Of a stretch of 64,000 nt of DNA, positions 27,101-64,000 are shown piece by piece (the stretch's first letter is position 1; every line of letters starts with the position of its first letter). Below the pieces are notes generated by a model. The model did not search any database. It was not told the origin of the DNA and was given only the letters and a program-made list of their open reading frames with translations. The stretch is from contig NC_087252.1 of NCBI RefSeq assembly GCF_037042905.1, positions 20,958,001 to 21,022,000 on the forward strand. The letters are read 5' to 3'. The position numbers and the translations under genes are program-made. Origin of the DNA: Lytechinus pictus (lineage: Eukaryota).

Positions 27101-27310
27101 ACTGTGAATTATGTGCCTATTGGGCCTTTGCCCCTGAAATTATAGGTGTGCGTCTACGGCAAAGCGCAGGCAGCTTTAATATTTTTTTACACAGTAGTTT
27201 ATATATTTAAAGTAGATTCTTAATGGGAGATGGTGCCCTGTGATTTATGTTGGGCCTTGCTCCTTGATTCATAGATGAACGGCTACACCCAGGCAGATCT
27301 TATTTACAGT
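24113..27310. repeat. ~118-130-bp satellite array (~23 units), interrupted at ~26365-26735 by an unrelated insertion
   Basis: Unit core ATTCTGGCTGGGAGAYGGTGGCCTGTGAATTATGTGCCTACCGGGCCTTGCCCCTTAAATTGTAGGTGAACGGCCACGCCCAG; degenerate at both ends. Confidence 0.95.
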
Positions 27311-29200
27311 ACTAACATTTCATTGAAAGACCACTGAAAGACTGTTTTGAACCGTTTCAAAAAGTTTTGGAGATCATGGAGACCACAAAGACCACTGGAA
27401 GATCCATCAGGAATTGTGAAAGACCTCTGAGATCATTGAAAGTTCGTTGAAAGACCCTTGAAAGATCAAGCAAGTTTCATTGTCTTACAGCAGTCTTTCA
27501 GAGGTCTTGCTCTCTGTGGAATGGGGTTTTTAGTTGCATACCTATCCTGTTCATGATTACAAAGTGCTTTAAATGTCCAGCTTATAGGTTGGAATATCAA
27601 ACATTTCAGGTTGCGCTTCGCATTTGCATTGTTGAAATATGTATCGTCTTCATGGTTACTCCAAACAGCCCTTGACAGCTCACTTTTTGATCAGGACAGT
27701 ATATCAAAAATTTTAGCTTGCATTTATTGTTTAGTTACATATGCATCTTGTTCATGATGAACGAAAATGCTCAGAATGTTCAATTTCCAGGACAAAATAT
27801 GTGAAATTTTCCAAAATTTCTAGCTACTGCTTCGCGCTTGCAGTATTTAATCAGAGCTTATTACATACAGTTATCTTGTTACAAGAATATAGCTGAGAAA
27901 TAATTGTTAGGACTACCCCTTCAAAGAAACCAGCCAAAATCAGCTTTGAGCTGCTGTTCTGGGGAATATGTGGATGAAAATATTTGTTTGCCCCCCCATG
28001 GCAAAAGCTAGATCTGCCTCTGATTTGTAGCTGCATATAAAGGCCAAACCCCAGAAACACTCATTGCAGATCAAACTACTTCCCATTTTTTGGCCAGTGC
28101 TCATGAAAGTTTGCACCAACATTGATCTTCAGATATACATTAAACAATTCCAATTTCCCAAATACATTGTAGGAAATTAAAAACAAGCAAAACAGGAAAA
28201 CTAATTGCTGGTCGAACTAAATTTTGCAAAAACATTCATCTTCGCTTAGGGTAAAGACATGCAAAAATCATTTTCCAAATGTATTGGAAACTGTGTTGCA
28301 ATGGTAACGACATACATGTAGGGTGGGGGTATTAGTCACCTGTGGTAATCGCTCCCCCCCTCCCAGATCGTCCTATGAATTTTTACATAGGATTATACAG
28401 AATTTAGTTGATAGCTTTTCTCTCAGTCATGACAAAAAATGCTAATCAAATATGGTAAAGCAAAATTATTCCCTGTAGTTCATTTGAAATAAGATTGGGA
28501 TGGATTTTTTTTTCGGGTCATTGGTCATTGGTACTTTTTTATTTCTTTTAAAGCACTCGATGATGATTTTCAGTGGAAATTTTTGAGGGCTTCATTCTTA
28601 CAAAATAGCCGAGACACAGGTTTCAATATGGACCCCACGCTTTTCAGCTTAGTAGGTGTTTCACAGAGGGTTAAGTGCGACTTACCGCCCTTTCACACGG
28701 TAAAAAAATATTGTAATTTGAAAAATAAGGCTAATGACGATTTTTGAGCAAGTGTGAAACCAAACTAGAATCATGAATGCTAATCACAATCACAATTTCA
28801 AAGTTTACTCCGGAGGTGAATTCCAGTTAAGTTTCACTCAAATTAGGGTAGGAATTTTCTTTGTGAAAGGTTTGATGATTCTAAAGACTAATTGCAATCA
28901 TCATTGCAATGATAATTCAATGTTCATGTGTGAAAAGGCCCTTAGAGTCATGCTTAAATGCCGAAGCACACATGACATGTAACGCCCAATTAGGCCTATG
29001 CCCAGTCTTATTGATTGGTACGCAGAAGTGTGCATCTTCTACGTACAATTTGACGATGAAGCCGTTTATACAGCAAGCAGCTGGGAATTAAAATCTGGCT
29101 CTATGTCACACTTAAATCTTTGTGAAACACCCCCCCCCCCTCCAGATTTGTTAAAATTGAATTCTTTAACAGAAAATAAATATGACATTGGTTTCTTCAG

Positions 29201-29493
29201 TCCAAGGTCAGATGGCTCGCGTGTGAGTGTCGTATTTACCGATCAAATGTCCGAGAAAGAAATCTTGGCCTACGCCCATACCTTCACCGAAGCCGATTGG
29301 TCATACATAGGACATGACCTTGGTTACAACGCCCAAGAACTAAACAACCTTCGTAGACGATGTCCAAGGCTTAGAGATGCTTTCTTTTTGATGATTAAGA
29401 TGTGGCGTGACAACGGGGGCGTCCGGAAGCCTGGAGGCTCCGTCTATGTGAAGAAGCTGACGATGACGTTCAATAGATCTCCTCCTAGTAAAC
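29201..29493 (+). CDS. Death-domain exon (exon 2 of the 2A-death-domain gene)
   Basis: TTTCTTCAG acceptor. Translation DQMSEKEILAYAHTFTEADWSYIGHDLGYNAQELNNLRRRCPRLRDAFFLMIKMWRD...YVKKLTMTF fits the death-fold pattern (DW..LG..LG....EI......F.ML..W). Donor C|GTAAGT (phase 1). Confidence 0.8.
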
Positions 29494-29643
29494 GTAAGTT
29501 GTTTTTTAGTTACACGGTAGACGTAGTTAGACTTCATATTAATTTTATGATGAGTAAATTTGCAGATTTTTCTTCACCCATTTTATGTACTTTCTCATCC
29601 TATGTGATCTAATCCTGGTTGAGTACCACCTACATACAAGTAG

Positions 29644-31115
29644 AGAGCCAAGTTGGCTCAGTTGGTACATGTAAAGTGTCGAACCAAAGATGATGGGTTC
29701 GAGTCCACCCCGGGCGGATGACAGAAGCCAGTGCGTTGTGTATAAATGTCTCTCCCCTGTTCCATAGATGCAGGCTATTTTTCAGTGGAAAACACTCCAT
29801 CCCTCGGGTAGGACGTTAGATGGAGGCCCCTCTTATTTAAAAGGAGAGTCACCTGCTTGCACGTTAAGAACCGATTGCACTATTCGTATAAGTGTTGGGG
29901 GAAACCGGGTGTAGTTGTCCACCTGCACTCCCCGGCCAGGACCAAAATCCAGTTGAAACCAATTAGAGCAAAACCAATTGAAACCAGTTGGCCAACTGGA
30001 ATCAGCTGGCAATTGGTTTCAATTGGTTCCAGTTGAAACCAATTGGGCAACTGCACCTCAGTTGGTTCCAGTTGTTCCAATTTCACTATTAAAACCAGTT
30101 GAATCCAATTGGAGGCAACTGGTTTCAATTGGTTACAGTTGAAACCACTTGGTTTCAACTGGAACCAGTTGGAAATTCCAGTTGGAATGAACTTAATTAC
30201 CGGTAGTTACAAATTAATTAGCATTTGTACTAACTATTGCTCATGCCAACACAGAAGCATTGTTATATGTCTATTAATACCACTGTAAGGGGCATTGATA
30301 AAATTTAGACTTTCATGCATACATATTTATGTGGAAGAGCTTCGAATATATGTATTTGTATTTGATGTAATTTGGTAACAGTTAGTGGTGTATTATTATC
30401 TTTTAATCTGTTAGAAATTGTAATCTATAATATTTATGAACATGGTTTTCACTGCTAACTCTTCTAAACATTTATCTTAAACACGTGAGGCACTTGAGAA
30501 AGAAAAAAAATTAATTGATACATTGTAAATGATGATGAATCACATAAACACATTAATCTGTACACATTGGCAGATAATATGCAAATTAACTGGTTTCAAT
30601 TGGATCCAGTTGGGTAACTGGAAAATTTTCCAATTGGAAACCAATTGGAAGTAATTTCCAGTTACCCAACTGGATCCAGTTAGGATTTCCAGTTACCCAA
30701 CTGGTTCCAGTTAGGATTTCCAGTTATCCAACTGGTTCCAATTACAAGTCCTTTCCAGTTAGAAGTCATTTCCAGTTACCCAACTGATTCCAGTTAGGAT
30801 TTCCAGTTAATATTTCCAGTTACCGTAACTGGTTCCAGTTAGAAATCATTTCCAGTTGGAAGTCATTTCCAGTTACTCAACTGGTTCCAGTTAGGATTAC
30901 CAGTTTTGCCCAACTGGTTCCAATTGGTTTCAATTGGAAATTGTTACATTCCAGTTAAGACCAATTGAAACCAGTTGAAACCAATTGAAACCAGTTGGAA
31001 ATCCAACTGGTTTCAATTGGATTCAGTTATATTCGGAGGAGAGACCTGCGGGTCATAGTGCTTCAGTTCGCTTTTCGCCTGAAGTCCAGGCACAGGTGAT
31101 GCTAAACAAATAATA
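29644..31115 (+). mobile_element. tRNA-derived SINE split by a ~1.1-kb palindromic CCAGTTG/CAACTGG-repeat element (~29930-31036)
   Basis: A-box TGGCTCAGTTGG and B-box GGTTCGAGTCC at ~29652-29706. The insert has CCC/GGG ends and inverted AAACCAGTTG-type subterminal repeats. Confidence 0.65.
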
Positions 31116-31508
31116 ACACTACGGTAACCAATTGTCCAATTGCCATGTAGCCCATTTTTCAGTTTGTCTTATTTTCAGTTAGGCTTTACCCCCTTTTGTC
31201 TATTACTGTAATCCAATCGGTCTAACACCATAGTTTGTATAATTAAATGAACTGTTTATGAGCAAAAATTTTATTTCACAAAGTGAAAAATGATAAGTAG
31301 TCAATGTGGAAATTTGACCAACTAGGAATTAGACAAATGAAAATTAGACTAAGTGGGTATTAGACCAGTTTAATCTAGGCCAAATGGCAATAAGACCAAA
31401 TTGCTTGTAGACCAAATAGGTTATCCCATGTGGTAATATATAAGACTATGTGAGAGGTAGACCAACTGCTTGTGGACCAAATGAATGTAAACCTTGAGAT
31501 GTCTGCGT

Positions 31509-31566
31509 GGAGACTCCATTTATGTGAAGAAGCTGACATTAGCATTCAACAGATTCAGAATTCCTT
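31509..31566 (+). pseudogene. Diverged duplicate of the 3' end of the death-domain exon (GDSIYVKKLTLAFNRFRIP)
   Basis: Matches GGSVYVKKLTMTFNRSPP at the end of the 29201-29493 exon and keeps a phase-1 GTAAGT donor. The 5' part is absent; the fragment follows a repeat ending at ~31493. Confidence 0.75.
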
Positions 31567-32149
31567 GTAAGTTTATTCAGAGTTCCTTTTTTTTGGTAGT
31601 TGTAATGAGGCTGTGGAGCACTATTTCAAAAAAGTATTTTGTCAGCCAACTTGGAGAGTGGCCCAAGATAAAATTATGTAAGATGGTAAGTAGACCAAGA
31701 CTCTCAGGTTATTACAAAGTTGTTAATACAAAGTTACAAACTGTCGAATGGAACAAGTGGCTACCGTCCAAGCAGGTACATATTGCCATAGTCTGGTTGT
31801 TTACTCAAGAAAATTTCAGGAAGACACAATATGCAAGAGAGTTCTAACTTCATACTCACCTAATTTGTTCACCGCAGTCGGTATGAGAATGCTTTGAATA
31901 ATTGCGAAAAATTTCAATGAAATACATGTATGTATCTTCCAAATGAAGGGTCCAATGCAGAAACACAAAAATGCGGTCAATCACAAATAAAAAATCAAAT
32001 GCAACTTGATTTTTGAACCAATCAGAAGCTTGCATTTGGGTATAAATGTGTTTGAAAAGGACTCCTTTTGCAACAGATCCTTTACAAGAGAGAGTAAGAT
32101 AGTTTAGATTAGAGATGCGTCTACCTCAGTCGCATCTGTTTCGACCAAA

Positions 32150-32900
32150 GACATCTGTTCAACTAGAAGTGCTGAAGAAGACAATATACAAGAATGTATA
32201 CATCTTCAGGAGAAAAGAAAGGCCATGATACAAAGAATGTGGGGTGTTAAAGTATCTGATAGCAAAACTACAAGTGAGCTCATTGAAAGGGTGGGCTTGG
32301 AAGAAACTGTTGTGGAAGTGGTAATGAGAAGTGGTTTGAGAAGGATGGGTCATGTGTTGAGGAGGAAAGACTATGGGCCCGTATTCTGAAGTCAGGTTTA
32401 ACTTAGACCCAGGTCTAACTCTGTGCTAAAATTATGGGGAGCCAAAAGTTCAAAAATTCTGTTCATATTGTATATTTCTTATGTTTACTATTTTGTTTCC
32501 TTTTGCTTTCATAATGAAAAAAATACTTCAGTTATCATTCCCCGACAATTAGGAACAATTTGGGTGTCATATGAGTTAATATATTGAATGTGTACTGTTA
32601 GGGATTTGTGCCCCGATTGGCTCTCATAGTTAAACCACAACTTTAAACCAGAGTTCGATTTAAACCCTAGTTCAGAATACGGGCCTATAAATCTTTGAAA
32701 AGAGCATATGATTTGGAAAGTGGATGGCACAAGAGGAAATGAAGACCAAAGATTACTTTGGAAAGATATGTTGGAGAAGGAAAGCAGTAAGGTCGGTCTG
32801 AACAAGGAGAAAGCTTAAGACAAAAAGAAGTGGAAAGAAGTAGTGTCATCAAGGTGCAAGAGTCAGAGAGAAAAATGCTATCTGAAGCAATTCATGATGA
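32150..32900 (+). mobile_element. Decayed RTE-like LINE 3' fragment interrupted by a GGCCCGTATTCTGAA-TIR MITE (~32376-32685)
   Basis: Encodes ..GLEETVVEVVMRSGLRRMGHVLRRKD.. then, after the MITE and frameshifts, ..RPKIT/WKDMLEKE..DKKKWKEVV, typical of an RTE RT C-terminus. Related MITE at ~51612-51911. Confidence 0.65.
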
Positions 32901-33186
32901 TAATTGATAATGATGTGATAGGGGGGGGTTTTAATGTATATTTTTAATGTATAACTTTGATATTCTGAACAAAATAAAGAAGTGCAGAACTTGGGTCCAT
33001 GATTTTTATTTGTACTTTGCTGCATTCCTTTGTGTAATATTTAGTGCCATTTTAGGCAAAAGTTGTATATTATGCAAATTGAAGGCTGTTTTCTCCATTA
33101 AGCTAGCTTTATTTTCATAAAGTACAAGGATCATTGCATAAAATCCCTGTGTTTTATCAAGACCTTTCTGTCTCTGTCTTCCTTAA

Positions 33187-33782
33187 AGGGATGGTCCAGG
33201 CTGGAAGTATCCATCTCAATAAATAGAGTAAAATTCACAGAGCAAAATGCCAAAAATTTGATCAAAATCGGATAACAAATAAGTTATTGAATTTTAAAGA
33301 TTTGCATTATTCCGGTGAAACAGTTCTAGGTATGTCTTTATGAATATTCATTAGGTGGGCTGATTCTTGGGCTGAACTTGTTCTTTTGTATTTTATTATA
33401 TGAAATTAGGTTTATTCAAAATTTTTCTACCAAGAACTCAAACAATTGGATTGACAACTTATTAAGTGCATTAGTTATTTATTGCCGCAACTTAATTCAT
33501 CATAATGGAGACACATCATTTACACATGTATGAACAAATGAAACATTTAAGATTTCATGTAATAACATAAGACAAAGGAAAGTGGGGATGTGACATCATC
33601 AGCCCACCTGATGAATATTCATGACGATGTGCATATAACTGTTTTCACAAAATATTGATAAATTTTTTAATTCAATAACTTCGTTATTTGTTATCTGATT
33701 TTGATGGAATTTTCAGCATTTTGCTCTGTGAATTTTACTCTTATTTATTTAGATATAAATATTTTCAGCCTGGACCATCCCT
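33187..33782. mobile_element. Kolobok-like MITE (TTAA TSD, AGGGATGGTCCAGGCTG TIR)
   Basis: TTAA|AGGGATGGTCCAGGCTG ... CAGCCTGGACCATCCCT|TTAA. Confidence 0.85.
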
Positions 33783-34255
33783 TTAAAATAATACAACTTT
33801 GATTCATTTAGATTTCAGTCATATTTTCATAAAACTCAATTTAGCAAAAGTAGTGGCGGTTCCATTCTGGAATGTCAAATGTATAAACCTACAAAAGTTT
33901 AAACTTTGATATAAAAAAGTCTGATCGGCTGTATTTCTGTTCAAAGTGACAATTAACTTACACTGTATTTATCCTTTAACACTGTATTCATGTCTTGATA
34001 AAAAGCAGGTTAGTGTCATTCAAGCTCTGAACCCTGCTGTACAAATAGAAAACATTTCAAACATCCTACAATACATAGTTCTCAAAAAAAAAATTTATAT
34101 CCCAAACAACCCCCCCAAAAAAGTAATGATAATGAATAGATAAAATGAATGATAGATTATAAAATGTTACAAATTTATAATTAAAAAACAAAACAAAATA
34201 GACCATGGTTTGAATTTGGTCATAGACTTTAAGATTACTCATACGTTGTCTTAAT

Positions 34256-34796
34256 CCCGGGGGGGGGGGGGGCACTCGACCAAAAAAGTGGTAGGGGTGT
34301 GCCGCGGGCGAGGCAAAAAACGGGGGCCTTGGAGCGAGATTATTGTAAAAAGGAGGGTCCTTGGAACGGGCTTCGGAACTACAAATGTTTGTGAAAACGG
34401 GGGTCCTCGGAACGGATCTCCGTATCTCTGTGAGTGCGTATGCATCCCTATGGAACGGGCAATCGTGCATGACGCAGCTAGCGCGGCCTCCGCCGGGTGC
34501 GCTCGCGCTTAGGCGATGGTCGAAAAGCGCTCTAGGGCCGCTTTTCACCAAAATTGTAGCAGATCAATGCGACCGGAACGGCGTAACGAAAAATATGCGT
34601 AGCTTTGGAGCTGATTTCTTTCTTCTTTTTTCTCGATAAGAAGGAAATGCTATGCCTTGGAGCGGCTTTCTTTGTTCTTTTTCTCAATAAGACAAAAATG
34701 CTATGCCTTGGAACGGAAATTTGAGTGTAAAAATGGGGGTCCCCTCCGCGGCACATACCCACTATGCATTATATACTGAGTGCCCCCCCCCCCGGG
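34256..34796. mobile_element. Non-autonomous DNA transposon, CCCGGG(G)nCACTC TIRs, 7-bp TSD TCTTAAT
   Basis: TCTTAAT at 34249-34255 and 34797-34803. Confidence 0.8.
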
Positions 34797-35117
34797 TCTT
34801 AATACTTTGTCAGAAAAAAAATATATGTAATATAGTGTACAACTGTACATGTTCATACAATTTATACAACATAGTGTACAACTGTACATGTTTCTCTTGC
34901 ACCCCCCCCAAAAAAAAAAATCTTAGAATGGCCATAACAATTGAAGAGATTTCATCATGATTAGATCGCTTTTGCATTGAAAAGAAACTTTGCTGAGCAA
35001 ATTGATAATTACTTTATGAACATGTAGAATCTTTTTGTGTTTCATTCAAGGGGGTCCTTAATTGTAAAATCTGTAAATAATGAAATATTGTATAGTTCTT
35101 TATACATATATATATAT

Positions 35118-35405
35118 TGTGTGAAAGAAATGGATGAAGAGAACAATGGTAGGCGTAGCTTAAATCAAGGTTCCCCAGAGCTATCTACCCTTTTTGGAAA
35201 AATTGGTGATGCCGAAAAAATGTCCCTGCCGGGAATTGAACCCGGGCCCCCAGCTTTGAACGCCGGTGCCTTAACCACTAGACCACAGAGACGGGTTAGT
35301 GGCTAGGGCGACCCCGATCCAATTGACCGTCAGATAGACAGATTTTCGACACCATACCAATTGTAATTTCCTTTGTCGGGTGAAGGTGGGTTTTGAACAA
35401 TGACA
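35118..35405. mobile_element. 288-bp TGT...ACA-bounded cassette inserted in (TA)n and carrying a tRNA
   Basis: (TA)n on both sides with TATAT at each flank; LTR-like TG...CA termini. Confidence 0.55.
35221..35292 (-). tRNA. tRNA-like gene with anticodon UCA (candidate opal/UGA suppressor, or intact tRNA-derived element head)
   Basis: GTCTCTG TG GTCT AGTGGTTA AGGC A CCGGC GTTCAAA GCTGG GGGC CCGGG TTCAATT CCCGG CAGGGAC A: all four stems pair (some G:U), A and B boxes are intact, and TTTTTT follows immediately. Confidence 0.7.
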
Positions 35406-35453
35406 TATATATATATATAGATATATATATCAATAATTCTGAGATGGACTTGA

Positions 35454-36037
35454 CCGGGGGGGGGGGGGGCACTTCCATTGACGAGAGGATACCATGCGCG
35501 ACCATGGGGTCTCGAAAAGCACCCTAAACACGTATTTTCTATTTTCTGAAAATGCACCCCTTAACAAGTATTGGCGTGTGAAACCCTACCCTTAACAAGT
35601 ATTGGAAACAAAACGATATTCTTGCATGGCAAATTTCCTGAATTGACCCCCTAAACAAGTACAGCGATATTTTTATTGTTATGTGACGGACGCCGGTCGT
35701 CGGTTTTACCTTCACCTACATCATTGGGTTTAAATGTAGTACAGCCCCACCTCCCACATCTAGCGCAAATCATACTCTAAACACGTAGTGTTGACTCTTG
35801 GTGCAAAAGTACATCCGTTATAAAACATTTTAGTCCTAATTTTTACACCCTCGCAAATTTGACCCTAAATACGTAGCTTTCCTGATGAAAATAGATACCC
35901 TTTTTTCATTATTTTAGTGTTTTTGACACCTTTATCACGTTACGTATGTAACGTGCCCTATCTTGAAAAAGACATCCTTTTTACATGTTTTTTTGGTCGC
36001 GCATGGTATCCACTTGTCAATGTAAGTGGCCCCCCGG
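35454..36037. mobile_element. Non-autonomous DNA transposon, CCGG(G)nCACTT TIRs, 7-bp TSD GACTTGA
   Basis: GACTTGA at 35447-35453 and 36038-36044; long imperfect TIRs. Confidence 0.8.
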
Positions 36038-36282
36038 GACTTGATGACCTTTAATTAAAAAATTACATACATATATAAAGGAGACTAGGATTAAATTTCA
36101 TATATATAACGTTTTAAATGAATTGAAACAAGATATTGCCACATTTCTTGTTGATGGAGGAACTGACTGACTCAGTATATTTCAATTATAATTGTATTTT
36201 GAGTTGTTTATTATATTATCAGTTTGGGTCACGCATGATTGAATAGAATTGAATTGAATTACTCCAACGTAATATATCTAAC

Positions 36283-36344
36283 GGGGATTCCCCTATCCGG
36301 GTTTACGTTTCGCAATACTAGTACTAGCACTCTGCGCATGCGCA
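36283..36344 (+). promoter_or_regulatory. Proximal promoter motifs of the TTC3-like gene: kB-like GGGGATTCCCC (36283-36293) and NRF1/P3A2-type TGCGCATGCGCA (36333-36344)
   Basis: Consensus-type motifs ~80-140 bp upstream of the ATG at 36421, in a CpG-rich patch. Confidence 0.5.
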
Positions 36345-36420
36345 TTTGCATTTGAAGTGATGTGATGTGTGCGATTGTCCTGATGTGTAGTGCGGACTGA
36401 CGATCTATCCTTCGCAAAAA

Positions 36421-63624
<27,204 letters not shown>

Positions 63625-63847
63625 GTAAGTCCATGAAAAATCTTTCAAAAATAAGCCGTATTCGTGCAAATCCATAGCATAATTCACCTTATTGTATGTC
63701 CTGCCCGCAGTCCGTTCGTACCTGACTACATGACTCGCTCAAGCCATAATTATTTGAGATTTAAGAACCACAAAACAGAGACAAAACATTTCAGGATGTA
63801 ACCACAAGTTGGAAGAGGAGGGGGTTTGGTTATACATTATATATAGA

Positions 63848-64000
63848 CAGGGTTCCCAGCCCATCAGGGAAATGAGGGAAAATTATTTTACTTTTTTTCC
63901 AGTCAGGGAAAAATCAGGGACTTAGATAAAACTTATCTCAAATCAGGGAAAAATGCCTCAAATGAGGGAAAAACCAGGGAATTTTGATCAGCCCGAAAGT
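63848..64000. mobile_element. hAT-like MITE, truncated by the window end
   Basis: CAGGGTTCCCAGCCCATCAGGG start; reverse-orientation relative of 10437-10823. Confidence 0.7.

Noticed and set aside
28998..29200. N-terminal part of the 204-aa ORF as coding
   Set aside because: It lies upstream of a good acceptor, includes a poly-C run, and the 2A exon supplies an in-frame start; treated as intron.
34066..34960. Cluster of overlapping 60-160-aa ORFs
   Set aside because: They fall in a GC-rich non-autonomous transposon; no transposase motifs recognised.
35221..35292. Selenocysteine tRNA call
   Set aside because: The anticodon is UCA, but the molecule is 72 nt with a 4-nt variable loop and a 7/5 fold, unlike tRNA-Sec.

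Overview
AT-rich, intron- and repeat-rich animal genomic DNA. The repeat families and gene content look like a sea urchin (echinoid); this is inferred, not proven. Genes supported by splice-phase-consistent exon chains: (i) a minus-strand Sp17/CABYR-like RIIa dimerisation/docking-domain gene (exons ~9360-9210 and 8176-7896, possible upstream exon 13786-13724); (ii) a plus-strand gene missed by the ORF track, whose first coding exon (22059-22177) encodes an N-terminal signal-peptide-like 2A ('StopGo') motif, MEVTKLFTLPMLLILCGDVELNPG|P, spliced in frame to a death-domain exon (29201-29493), with no NACHT/LRR exon visible; (iii) the first 14 coding exons of a TTC3-like TPR gene (36421-63624, continuing past the window); (iv) one orphan exon (2937-3053). 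A complete 72-nt tRNA cloverleaf with anticodon UCA (reads UGA) and a T6 terminator lies at 35292-35221 inside a TG...CA-bounded 288-bp cassette inserted in (TA)n. The remainder is MITEs (ATT-, TTAA-, 6-bp- and 7-bp-TSD families), Helentron-like elements, SINEs, LINE fragments, a ~120-bp satellite, a 713-bp tandem duplication and a perfect 80-bp inverted repeat.
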